Source of the DNA: a bacterium
GTDB taxonomy: Bacteria; Zhuqueibacterota; Zhuqueibacteria; Residuimicrobiales; Krinioviventaceae
Length of the DNA: 64,000 nucleotides
NCBI GenBank assembly: GCA_963675755.2
Contig: CAXXMD010000003.1
Coordinates: 1,056,001 to 1,120,000, forward strand
Direction: 5' to 3'
A model generated the notes under the pieces. The model was not told the DNA's origin. It saw nothing but the letters and a program-made list of their open reading frames with translations, and did no database searches. Position numbers and translations under genes: made by a program. The first letter of the stretch is position 1; the number at the start of each line of letters is the position of its first letter. Below are positions 1-8,997 of this stretch, one piece after another.

Positions 1-1251
1 CCAGGTTTCATTAAATAAAACCCAGGCAAAAATAGCGGGGTGATTATAATCGCGTTTGATCATTTGACGCATAGCGTATTCGGATTCTTTTTGCATATCT
101 TTATCGGGATTACCCCAGCTATTGGGAACATCCGCCATGATAAACATACCCAACTTGTCAGCCCAGTAGAGTTTACGGGGAATCTCTACTTTGATATGAA
201 CACGCTGACCGTTCAAACCAATACGACGTGAACGTAAAATTTCATCACGCATAAAGTCATCGCTGGGAAAAGTGTAATAACCATCAGGATGATAAGCCTG
301 GTCCAGGGTTGTTTGCAGGTATACCGGTTCATTATTCAGCGCAATATAGGGAATCTCACTGCCCGGTAAATTTACCACACTGATTTTGCGCATACCAAAA
401 TAGGTAGCCAACACGTCTTTATCAAGCTTGACGGTAACATCATACAAATTGGGATCATCAAGAGACCACAATTTTGCATTTTCAAGAGGCACAACAAAAG
501 AAACCTCATCCTTCCTACTCGCAATTTCACCGGCATATGAAGCTTCCTTGTTGCCGTTCACTGCAAAATCAAGATCTAATGATAATTTTTTAGGTGCGGG
601 AGCATTCAACATGAGATCAACCGTGACCTCATTTTTATCTATATCCGGAGTAAAGTGTATGGTTTCTACATAAACATCGGGACGGGCTTCAAGATAGATG
701 GTCTGCCAGATGCCCGCTGCTCGGCCATATCCCTGTTTACCATAGAGTTTAAAATCGCGTTTAATATCATCCACACGCAATACCAGCTCACCGGATTGAG
801 TGCCCGCCGGCAATTCAAATTCAAAGGGAGTATAGCCACCCTGGTGGGTGCCTAATTGTTCGCCATTTAACCATGCTGTTGTATGCCAGTCACATGCGCC
901 AACAACCACAAATACACGCTTACCGCTCCAGGCTGCAGGTACGGTAATGTTTTTACGATACCAGCCAACGTCTCCTTCATCCGCAACGCCAGACAATTTA
1001 CTGCCCCACGAAAACGGTACCATGATGGTTTTGTCAAAATCATGCTTTCCATCAAACCAGCTTTTGTCAATACCACTGTCTTCCGTATCAAACGCAAATT
1101 GCCAGGGACCGTTTAAATTTAACCAGTCGACCCGCATAAAATCCGGTCTGGGGTGTTCCGGCAATGGAATATTTTTCGCGTCAAACGGCTGCGAATAAAG
1201 TACGGTTGATAACACTACCCATATCATCAACATTGATTTGAGAGTTTTCAT
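1..1251 (-). CDS. Glycoside hydrolase family 2, secreted; 3' end runs off the window start
   Basis: Absent from the ORF track; translated by hand from ATG at 1251 (RBS AAGGAG): MKTLKSMLMIWVVLSTVLYSQ...PEHPRPDFMRVDWLNLNGPWQF...GWYRKNI...HQGGYTPF...GKQG...GIWQTIYLE, typical GH2 N-terminal motifs. Confidence 0.85.
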   Translation of the reverse strand, partial: MKTLKSMLMIWVVLSTVLYSQPFDAKNIPLPEHPRPDFMRVDWLNLNGPWQFAFDTEDSGIDKSWFDGKHDFDKTIMVPFSWGSKLSGVADEGDVGWYRKNITVPAAWSGKRVFVVVGACDWHTTAWLNGEQLGTHQGGYTPFEFELPAGTQSGELVLRVDDIKRDFKLYGKQGYGRAAGIWQTIYLEARPDVYVETIHFTPDIDKNEVTVDLMLNAPAPKKLSLDLDFAVNGNKEASYAGEIASRKDEVSFVVPLENAKLWSLDDPNLYDVTVKLDKDVLATYFGMRKISVVNLPGSEIPYIALNNEPVYLQTTLDQAYHPDGYYTFPSDDFMRDEILRSRRIGLNGQRVHIKVEIPRKLYWADKLGMFIMADVPNSWGNPDKDMQKESEYAMRQMIKRDYNHPAIFAWVLFNETW

Positions 1252-1299
1252 CTCCTTCTCCATAAATTTAGTTCAACTCTTACCCAATGATTACCCTGT

Positions 1300-2853
1300 T
1301 TAAAATGTATCTATCAATCCTTTTACCTCTTTATAAACCGTTGGAGCTGTATTAGGTCCCAATGAATTGACTTCTCCATAGTGCTTTTTTTCACCATAGG
1401 TATAGGGCTCTTTGGCATCCCAATGGCTTTTTGGCATCATGTAACCCAATTCATCATTACCCAGTCCAATCACAAAATTCATATCTCCCTGCATCAACTC
1501 GCGGATGGGAGGTATTTCAACAATGCCCGTCTCCAGATCCCGATTTTCAGGCAATTCAATACCTCCATTTACAATCTCGGGATTAATTTCACCGGGAACT
1601 GTAGCAATCCACGCAGGCCCAATGGACAACAAGTTCACTTCACTGCGCAGGTATTTAAATTTAATAAATCCGCGATTCAAAACACCCAATACTCCGGCCA
1701 GTTTAAATATATCATTATCTACCTGAACCAGAAATGTTTTTGCTCTTAATTTCATAGCCGGATCTTTGACAACCTGCCAGTCATCCGTTTCCATTTTGTT
1801 CAAAACGGCGTCAGCCAGTCGGTAACCCTGCGCTCTTGCTTTTTCAAAAGAACCTTCTTTATAATGTTTATCTGTCCAGGGATCGTAAACATTACAACCC
1901 AGGGTTGTCATCAATCCGCCAACAGCTCCGTTAGCAAAAACCGCAATACCACCAACACCATCCCGTTTGGTTTCACCATCATATACAATGCCGCTTTCAA
2001 TGCCTTCAAGCCAGTAATGACAAAAATCAGCAGTGATCAGGTTGTTGCGTGAGCCCAGGGTTTCCGGGTGATTACCATAATTCAATAAAACACCCAACAC
2101 TTTATCCGTTTCCGAATCGCAAAACTGCATCATGCGGATGGTATCATCCTTAACAATTGGCGGGCGGCTATCGCGTATCAGATCATCTCCGGTTGAATCA
2201 ATTTTAGCCAGTTTTAAATAGGCAGGTACGGCATGTTGTTTTGCCAGAGTTACCGCTTTAACTGCCTGTTCTTTAACAAACTGTTTATATTCATCATTCA
2301 CACCCGTTTTAAAAACACTGGGGCCCCATAATCCCATCAGATCAGGGACTTCATGATTGTGTGTGGATGAAACAATAACATGATCAATATCCGGATTTTC
2401 TATCTTTATCATTTCACGCAGCTCTATAACATCATCATGGAAAAATCCAATGGCATCCAGCACAACATAGGCAACACCCATATCACCATTTTCCCAATAA
2501 ACGGAACGTGCCCAGATATCGTCATGCACTCCCTGAATGGGGTGGTTGTTGCTGAATCCTGCCATCCAATAAGCATCAAATTTCCCATTGCCATTATTAT
2601 CAATAACAGAATCCCCTTTGTCAGGATTAAACCGCGAATTCCCGTCAGCATCGTACCAGCTGTCAATAATTTCCGGGGTAATTGCAACTTTGGCCAAACC
2701 CGCTTTGAGCCCGTTATTCAGAGAAGGACTCTCAAGTGTCAGGTCCAGATCATAATCGGGATGACGGTCCCGTGTCCGCACCAGTGAAAAAATCACAACG
2801 GCAAAAATCAATACTGCCAGTATAGAAGCAAACCAGGCAAAGAACTTTTTCAT
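1300..2853 (-). CDS. Neutral/alkaline ceramidase-like metallo-hydrolase, membrane-anchored
   Basis: GVHDDIWAR, SSTHNHEVPD, NYGNHPE, ITADF, VPGE and GLGNDELGY motifs; N-terminal TM; DxDGN/DNNGNG Ca-binding-like loops; start MKKFF after GGAGG. Confidence 0.6.
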   Translation of the reverse strand: MKKFFAWFASILAVLIFAVVIFSLVRTRDRHPDYDLDLTLESPSLNNGLKAGLAKVAITPEIIDSWYDADGNSRFNPDKGDSVIDNNGNGKFDAYWMAGFSNNHPIQGVHDDIWARSVYWENGDMGVAYVVLDAIGFFHDDVIELREMIKIENPDIDHVIVSSTHNHEVPDLMGLWGPSVFKTGVNDEYKQFVKEQAVKAVTLAKQHAVPAYLKLAKIDSTGDDLIRDSRPPIVKDDTIRMMQFCDSETDKVLGVLLNYGNHPETLGSRNNLITADFCHYWLEGIESGIVYDGETKRDGVGGIAVFANGAVGGLMTTLGCNVYDPWTDKHYKEGSFEKARAQGYRLADAVLNKMETDDWQVVKDPAMKLRAKTFLVQVDNDIFKLAGVLGVLNRGFIKFKYLRSEVNLLSIGPAWIATVPGEINPEIVNGGIELPENRDLETGIVEIPPIRELMQGDMNFVIGLGNDELGYMMPKSHWDAKEPYTYGEKKHYGEVNSLGPNTAPTVYKEVKGLIDTF

Positions 2854-2956
2854 ATTTCCTCCATTTTTTACAATATACATAATTTTTGAAAATTTTTATA
2901 GGCATAATTTCATATTTATATGTGTTTAATAGGTATTTCAACATGTGGAGGTACAT

Positions 2957-3595
2957 ATGAAGAGAACAATTATGTTACTCATTATTATCCTGGTAATGCT
3001 GCAAAATGGTTTTACCCAGGAAACAAACCATACAGACCTTGACGCTAAAGTACATTCATTTCTTTCAAGCCACCAGGGGCAATGGTACGATATGAACGTA
3101 CCGGTAAATGATGGCAAATTACTTTACGACTTGATTATAAAAAACAATTATACTAAAGCATTAGAAATAGGGACTTCTACCGGTCATTCCGCAATCTGGA
3201 TTGCCTGGGCCCTCAGTAAAACCGGCGGCAAACTGATCACCATTGAAATCAATAAAGAACGCCATCGCCAGGCCCTTGAAAACTTTGAAAAAGCCGGCGT
3301 ATCGGATTACATTGACGCGCGACTGGCTGACGCGCATGAGCTGGTTAAACAACTGGAGGGGCCGTTCGATTTTGTTTTCAGTGATGCCGACAAGGGGTGG
3401 TATACTCAATACCTTCAAGATGTGCTGCCAAAATTAGAACCCGGTGGATGTTTTACCGCGCACAATGTTACCAATCTCTACAGTACTTCTATTAAAGAAT
3501 TTTTACAATACGCACAAAACCATCCGGATCTGGAAACAACCATTGACAAATCTTCTCAAGCGGGTGTGTCAATTTCGTATAAAAAGAAAAAATAA
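2957..3595 (+). CDS. Class I SAM-dependent O-methyltransferase (CCoAOMT-like) with signal peptide
   Basis: LEIGTSTGHS, FDFVFSDADK and AHNV motifs; RBS GGAGG. Confidence 0.85.
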   Translation: MKRTIMLLIIILVMLQNGFTQETNHTDLDAKVHSFLSSHQGQWYDMNVPVNDGKLLYDLIIKNNYTKALEIGTSTGHSAIWIAWALSKTGGKLITIEINKERHRQALENFEKAGVSDYIDARLADAHELVKQLEGPFDFVFSDADKGWYTQYLQDVLPKLEPGGCFTAHNVTNLYSTSIKEFLQYAQNHPDLETTIDKSSQAGVSISYKKKK

Positions 3596-3622
3596 ACATC
3601 ATCTACTTTTAACGAGACGGAT

Positions 3623-4972
3623 ATGGGGCCACAATTAAAACGAAAACTGGGTTGGTTTCCGGTTACAAATATCGTTATTGCCAATATGATAGGTGCGGGG
3701 ATCTTTACCACCTCGGGTTTACTGATAGCAGATTTGGGAAATCCCCTGGTAATGCTGTGCCTTTGGCTTGTTGGGGGATTAATTGCTCTTGCCGGTGCAT
3801 TTGTTTATGCTGAATTGGGTGCGGCATTTCCCCATGCCGGCGGAGAATACCGTTTCCTTTCCGAACTCTATCATCCCTTACCCGGTTTCTTAAGCGGATG
3901 GATTTCTTTGGTTGCAGGTTTTTCAGCACCTATTGCCGCGTCCGCAATTGGATTTTCAGCATATCTATCAAGGGCGGTACCGGGTTTAACAGAGCAATTT
4001 AACACGGTTTTACCTGTTTCGTCAGATACAATTGAAAAAGGAATTGCAATCCTGATCATCCTTGTATTTACCCTGATCCATGCAAGAGGAGTTGAATTCG
4101 GTACCCGCATCCAAAACGGATTGACGCTTCTCAAAGTTGGACTGTTAATCGGCCTGGTAATTATGGGCTTTACTGCCGGAAGCGGATCTTTAACCCACTT
4201 TATCCAGAGTAAACCAATAACTTTTAATCTTTCTACAATTACAACCGCAGGATTATCACTCATGTGGATCATGTTTGCTTACAGCGGTTGGAATGCGGCC
4301 ACGTATATTGGTTCAGAAATCGCTGATCCGGATGAAAACCTGCCACGCTCGCTCATTTCCGGGACTGCCATTGTTGTAGTATTATATCTGTTGATAAACG
4401 CGTTTTATATTTACGCGCTGTCACCACAGGAAATGAGTGGCGTTATATCCATTGCCGGACTAGCCGCTGGAAACATATTCGGGCAAGCCGCGGAGCGGAC
4501 TGTTTCCGCATTGATTGCGTTTGCTCTCTTTTCTTCACTAAGTGCGTTTATTATACTGGGTCCACGGGTTTACTATGCCATGGCTACAGACGGACTTTTT
4601 TTCAAATTCTTTGCACAGGTGCACCCCAAAACCGGTGTACCGGTTGCGGCAATTCTGTTACAAAGTGCAATCGCTATTCTTTATGTCATGACAGGATCGT
4701 TTGATCAGATTCTGACATATATGGGCTTTTCGCTGGGGCTCTTTCCCGTTCTTACAGCAACAAGCTTGGTAAAATTACGCAAACAAGGGTCTGCATTAAA
4801 AATGCCGGGGTACCCCTATACCATGATCTTTTTTGTTACATTGTCTTTGATCATTTTACTGTTATCTCTCATTACAAGGCCCATTGAATCCGGAATCGCC
4901 TTGATGAATGTTGCTATTGGCATTCCACTCTATTATATATTAAAACGGATAAATAAAAAAGGCACTATATGA
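3623..4972 (+). CDS. APC-family amino acid permease
   Basis: MIGAGIF, YAELG..FPHAGGEY, FAYSGWN, PRVYYAMA.DG; about 12 TM segments. Confidence 0.9.
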   Translation: MGPQLKRKLGWFPVTNIVIANMIGAGIFTTSGLLIADLGNPLVMLCLWLVGGLIALAGAFVYAELGAAFPHAGGEYRFLSELYHPLPGFLSGWISLVAGFSAPIAASAIGFSAYLSRAVPGLTEQFNTVLPVSSDTIEKGIAILIILVFTLIHARGVEFGTRIQNGLTLLKVGLLIGLVIMGFTAGSGSLTHFIQSKPITFNLSTITTAGLSLMWIMFAYSGWNAATYIGSEIADPDENLPRSLISGTAIVVVLYLLINAFYIYALSPQEMSGVISIAGLAAGNIFGQAAERTVSALIAFALFSSLSAFIILGPRVYYAMATDGLFFKFFAQVHPKTGVPVAAILLQSAIAILYVMTGSFDQILTYMGFSLGLFPVLTATSLVKLRKQGSALKMPGYPYTMIFFVTLSLIILLLSLITRPIESGIALMNVAIGIPLYYILKRINKKGTI

Positions 4973-5607
4973 AAATCTATAAAATCCTTTTATTCTTTTC
5001 GATTTGTGCATCTCTGGTAATCGCAAATGAAAATAATTCCGCTATCGTTCGCATGAACGCACTCGAAACCAACCTGTTGGAATCTGATTCCGTCAAAATC
5101 GATTTCAATATAACCGCAACGGGTGCAATTGAGGCCAATGCTAAAGGTACATTGCAGTTACTATCCGGCAATCGGATACAATTCTCTGCCAATGGTGGAT
5201 TTGCCGGTGACACCCTCAAGCTTGTGCTTTTTTCTGACGGATCAGAATTGCAAATCAGCAATGGTAAAAGCAATAACAGCGCACAAACCCCGCCATATTT
5301 AAACCAGGGATTAATTATTGGTTTAACAAGAATGGGATTGTTACATAACATTGCCGTAATGCAATTTGGCAGACAACCTGATAAAACCGATGGTACCGTT
5401 CAACAATGGGTAACGGTAAAAAATGTTCAAAACGCTGAAAAAAATGATAACGCTATCACCTTTGATGTATTTGTAGATAATGTTCTTTCCGCAGAAACAG
5501 AGTTAATCATAGATGCTAAAACGGGGCTGCCATTATTGAGATTTCAAACAGTACATTTTGAAAGTGGAGATATGAAGGTTAAAGAAGAGTATACTATCCA
5601 TAAATGA
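4969..5607 (+). CDS. Exported hypothetical protein, possibly LolA-like fold
   Basis: Signal peptide; SDG motif and C-terminal 'LIIDAKTGLP'; ATGA overlap with the permease. Confidence 0.5.
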   Translation: MKIYKILLFFSICASLVIANENNSAIVRMNALETNLLESDSVKIDFNITATGAIEANAKGTLQLLSGNRIQFSANGGFAGDTLKLVLFSDGSELQISNGKSNNSAQTPPYLNQGLIIGLTRMGLLHNIAVMQFGRQPDKTDGTVQQWVTVKNVQNAEKNDNAITFDVFVDNVLSAETELIIDAKTGLPLLRFQTVHFESGDMKVKEEYTIHK

Positions 5608-5640
5608 AAAATCCCGGCAGCTTGGTACTACCGGGAAAAT
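5608..5640. terminator. Hairpin between convergent genes
   Basis: TCCCGGCAG/CTACCGGGA stem flanked by A/T runs. Confidence 0.6.
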
Positions 5641-5647
5641 TTAAACT

Positions 5648-6127
5648 CTAGTGTTTATGTTCTTTCATGTGTTCTTTTGCTGCAGCATCAAAATATAACT
5701 CGCTGAATTTATCAGTCAACTCGCGTAACTTTTCAACATTGCTCAAATCCGTGGTTTGTTTACATTTCATAGCAGTCACAAGCATCTGGTGCAAAAGAGT
5801 AACTTTTTCAGTATACTTTTCCTGTTCCGGTTTAATGCGTTGTGTCATAAAATACTGGCTTACAATATCCTGTACCTTGTTTGCATGGTCTTCTTTATTG
5901 GTAACCCAGCGCACAAGCTGATTGTAATTAACCGGAGTTTCTCCTGACAACTGAACAATCTGGTTCATTGATTTTTCTATGGTTGTAGCATGCTCCAAAA
6001 TCAATTTTACACGCAATTCATCATTATATATACCACAAGGAATCTCACAATGGGCCATTACAGCAGATGACTGAATCCCCAGCAATAACACGACCTGAGC
6101 CAGAATAATAAAAAATTTCGATTTCAT
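5648..6127 (-). CDS. sodN: Nickel superoxide dismutase precursor with Sec-type signal peptide
   Basis: Ni-hook HCEIPCGIY directly after ...SAVMA; NQLVRWVTNKEDHA and QYFMTQRIKP motifs. Confidence 0.92.
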   Translation of the reverse strand: MKSKFFIILAQVVLLLGIQSSAVMAHCEIPCGIYNDELRVKLILEHATTIEKSMNQIVQLSGETPVNYNQLVRWVTNKEDHANKVQDIVSQYFMTQRIKPEQEKYTEKVTLLHQMLVTAMKCKQTTDLSNVEKLRELTDKFSELYFDAAAKEHMKEHKH

Positions 6128-6259
6128 TTTTCCTCCTAAACTATTATATTTCATATTCAAAATTGTAAAAAATATAACAATTAAATGTTATAAATATTTC
6201 AACTGTTATATAATTCTCTCAAATTGTATTTAAATTGCCGTTTTTGCGAAAAAAACTGC

Positions 6260-6288
6260 TTGATTAAGATGCCGAAAAATAATATGTT
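6260..6288 (+). promoter_or_regulatory. Putative sigma70 promoter
   Basis: TTGATT-17 bp-TATGTT upstream of the DapA-like gene. Confidence 0.45.
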
Positions 6289-6320
6289 ATAAATAAAAAT
6301 AATCGGAAAGGGAAAGTTTT

Positions 6321-7157
6321 ATGTCCAAATTACAGGGCCTCATGGTACCATTGGTGACCCCGCTGACAAAGGAACGGGAGTTTGATGCAGAGGCCATGAA
6401 CCGAATCATCGATAAATTGATCGATAATGTGAACAGTTTTTATGTAGCCGGATCAACCGGCGAATTTCTGGCATTGCCCGTAAAGGCAAGGCTTGAAGCC
6501 ATTGATACAGTTATCAAAGCCGTAGATAAAAAGGTTCCGGTCATTGCCGGGATTGGAGCATGTGCATATGAAGATGTATTGGATTTTGCAGATAAAGCAT
6601 ATGATTCAGGAGCAGACATTGTTTCCCTTCAGCTCCCTCCATATTTCCCCATGACAGATGAAATGATCGAACACTTTTTTACAACCATTGTAGAATATAG
6701 TAAATTACCACTCATGCTGTACAGTATTCCTCAATTTAATGGCAAAAAAATTCCTGTTCAAGTTGCCAAAAAATTTGTAGGGCATCCCAATGTTGTTGGT
6801 ATTAAAGACAGCAGTGGCGATCTTGATTATTTTGAAAGCCTGGTCAAAGAATGCAAAACAGATGATTACAAAGTCTTTATGGGCGAAGAAACGCTTATCT
6901 ATGAAGGTTTGAAACGCGGTTGTAATGGCAGCGTTGCAAGCATTGGACATTTGTATCCGGAATTGTGTAATGAAATATTTGACGCAGGAACAGCCGGAGA
7001 CTGGGACAAGGCAAAACAGTTGCAAGCAAAACTTGTAGAACTCCAATCCGAATATAACAAGATTGGCGGCTATTTTAGCGTAGTTAGTGGCATCAAACGC
7101 ATGATGGCCAAAGATGGTATCTGCCAGGAATACATGGCAAAAATCTTTGAAAAGTAA
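6321..7157 (+). CDS. DHDPS/N-acetylneuraminate lyase-family aldolase
   Basis: GSTGE, YSIP and GIKDSSG (Schiff-base Lys) motifs. Confidence 0.9.
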   Translation: MSKLQGLMVPLVTPLTKEREFDAEAMNRIIDKLIDNVNSFYVAGSTGEFLALPVKARLEAIDTVIKAVDKKVPVIAGIGACAYEDVLDFADKAYDSGADIVSLQLPPYFPMTDEMIEHFFTTIVEYSKLPLMLYSIPQFNGKKIPVQVAKKFVGHPNVVGIKDSSGDLDYFESLVKECKTDDYKVFMGEETLIYEGLKRGCNGSVASIGHLYPELCNEIFDAGTAGDWDKAKQLQAKLVELQSEYNKIGGYFSVVSGIKRMMAKDGICQEYMAKIFEK

Positions 7158-7169
7158 TCTTTTTCAATA

Positions 7170-7234
7170 TGTGTCATTCGTGACATATAATATATAGAAC
7201 ACGAATGACACAATAAACACGAATTTACACGAAT
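7170..7234 (+). repeat. Left arm of the inverted repeat around GxxExxY (3x CACGAAT) plus a local 13-bp hairpin
   Basis: GAACACGAATGACACAATAAACACGAATTTACACGAAT at 7197-7234; TGTGTCATTCGTG (7170-7182) pairs perfectly with 7200-7212. Confidence 0.9.
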
Positions 7235-7287
7235 CTTTCTAAACTATCATACTTTTTTGATTTAATTAATTCCAATCTGGGGGAAAC

Positions 7288-7674
7288 ATGCTTTATCAGG
7301 AGTTATCGAATCAAATTATCCATTCTTTTTATACGGTGAATAACAAACTTGGATATGGGTTCCTTGAAAAAGTATACGAAAATGCAATGATCATAGAATT
7401 GCATAAAAAAGGACTCAGAATCGAACAGCAAAAAAAGATCAATGTGATTTACGAGGGTATATCAATTGGTGAATATAATGCTGATATACTAGTTGAAAAT
7501 AAAATTATTTTAGAACTCAAAGTTTGTGAAAAATTATGTTCAGCGCATGAATACCAGTTAATTAATTATCTAAGAGCAAGCCATATTGAACTTGGTTTAT
7601 TATTAAATTTTGGTAAAAAGCCAGAATATGTTAGAAAAATTTTCACAAATGACAAAAAATCTCTAAAAATTTAA
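7288..7674 (+). CDS. GxxExxY protein (PD-(D/E)xK-like nuclease fold)
   Basis: LGYGFLEKVYENA, ADILVENKIILELK, QLINYL and GLLLNFG motifs; visibly more AT-rich than its neighbours. Confidence 0.95.
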   Translation: MLYQELSNQIIHSFYTVNNKLGYGFLEKVYENAMIIELHKKGLRIEQQKKINVIYEGISIGEYNADILVENKIILELKVCEKLCSAHEYQLINYLRASHIELGLLLNFGKKPEYVRKIFTNDKKSLKI

Positions 7675-7711
7675 TTCGTGCAAATTCGTGTCTTTCGTTT
7701 TATTCGTGTTC
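7674..7711 (-). repeat. Right arm of the inverted repeat around GxxExxY (3x ATTCGTG)
   Basis: Reverse complement GAACACGAATAAAACGAAAGACACGAATTTGCACGAAT matches the left arm at 32/38 with identical heptamer spacing. Confidence 0.9.
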
Positions 7712-7739
7712 AATTCTAACCTTTATCATAAGGTGTGTT

Positions 7740-8978
7740 ATGAAAAATCCCATTCTAAAAAAAATCATTATCGCTCTAAGCGCTGTGGGACCGGGTCTGT
7801 TTTTGATCGGTTATAACATTGGGACCGGCAGTGTAACCACCATGGCAAAATCCGGTGCGGAACACGGTATGACCCTGTTCTGGGCTTTGATCCTCTCGTG
7901 CGTTTTTACCTACATTCTTATGGTAGCTTACGGACAAGTCACCCTGGTTACCGGACATACCGCTTTGTACAACATCAAAACACAATTCAAATATGGCAAT
8001 ATTCTGGCACTGTACATAATGGCTGCACTGATTATTGGTGAACTGCTGGCGCTGTTGGGTGTATTGGGTATTGTAGCAGATCTGCTTCAGGAAGGTGTCA
8101 GATTATTAGGCTGGGGCACACCGCACATTGCCTGGTTCATTGTAACACTCATCATCGGTCTCTATGCGCTATTATGGTTTGGCCGTTACCAGGTCTTTGA
8201 AAAAGTGTTGACTGCATTTGTAATTTTAATGGGACTCTGTTTTCTGGTTGTATTTTTTATGGTTAAACCCAGTTTTGCGGCAATTGCAAAAGGGATGATA
8301 CCCGGTATTCCCAGCACACCCGGTGCAATGGGATTGGTAGCTGCCATGGCAGGCACCACCTGTTCGGCTGCGGTTTTTATTATGCGCAGTACGGTTGTTG
8401 CGGAAAAAGGATGGAACCTGAGTCACTTGAAAAACGAGAAAAAAGACGCCTTTGTATCTGCGGCCATGATGCTGTTTCTCAGTGGAATTATTATGGCTGT
8501 ATCTGCGGGCACACTGCACATTATGGGATTAAAACTGGACAATACCGTAGAAATGATCCACATGTTTCAACCCCTCGGTGGTAAATTTGCGGCTTTTGTT
8601 CTGATCTTGGGAATCACCGGTGCAGGACTTTCAACCGTGTTCCCCATTGTTTTGATAGCCCCCTGGCTCGTCAGCGATTATACCGGCAAACCACGTGACA
8701 TCCATTCACCCATGTATCGCACACTTATGTTTATCGGTATATTATTTGGATTGGGACGAATTTTTCTGGAACAGCGTCCCCCGGCTTTGATGGTCTTTTC
8801 ACAGGCGTTTCAGGCGTGTATATTACCGGCTGTAGCCATCCCTATTTATGTGCTCATTACCCGGTCATCCTTAATGCAGAAACATACTGCAAATCTGAAA
8901 ATGAAAATTGGAATAATAGCGGTTATTTTGTTCTCGCTACTGACCACCTATTTTGCAATCAAAGAATTGTTGATATAA
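7740..8978 (+). CDS. NRAMP/SLC11-like transporter (divergent)
   Basis: GPG...NIGTGSVTT...GA.HG..LFW N-terminus; about 11 TM; lacks the canonical DPGN motif. Confidence 0.75.
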   Translation: MKNPILKKIIIALSAVGPGLFLIGYNIGTGSVTTMAKSGAEHGMTLFWALILSCVFTYILMVAYGQVTLVTGHTALYNIKTQFKYGNILALYIMAALIIGELLALLGVLGIVADLLQEGVRLLGWGTPHIAWFIVTLIIGLYALLWFGRYQVFEKVLTAFVILMGLCFLVVFFMVKPSFAAIAKGMIPGIPSTPGAMGLVAAMAGTTCSAAVFIMRSTVVAEKGWNLSHLKNEKKDAFVSAAMMLFLSGIIMAVSAGTLHIMGLKLDNTVEMIHMFQPLGGKFAAFVLILGITGAGLSTVFPIVLIAPWLVSDYTGKPRDIHSPMYRTLMFIGILFGLGRIFLEQRPPALMVFSQAFQACILPAVAIPIYVLITRSSLMQKHTANLKMKIGIIAVILFSLLTTYFAIKELLI

Positions 8979-8997
8979 TTGAATTTCGCTGGCGTAT

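Noticed and set aside
7170-7711. Classical IS element
   Set aside because: No DDE, HUH or recombinase gene and no clear target-site duplication; kept only as an atypical candidate
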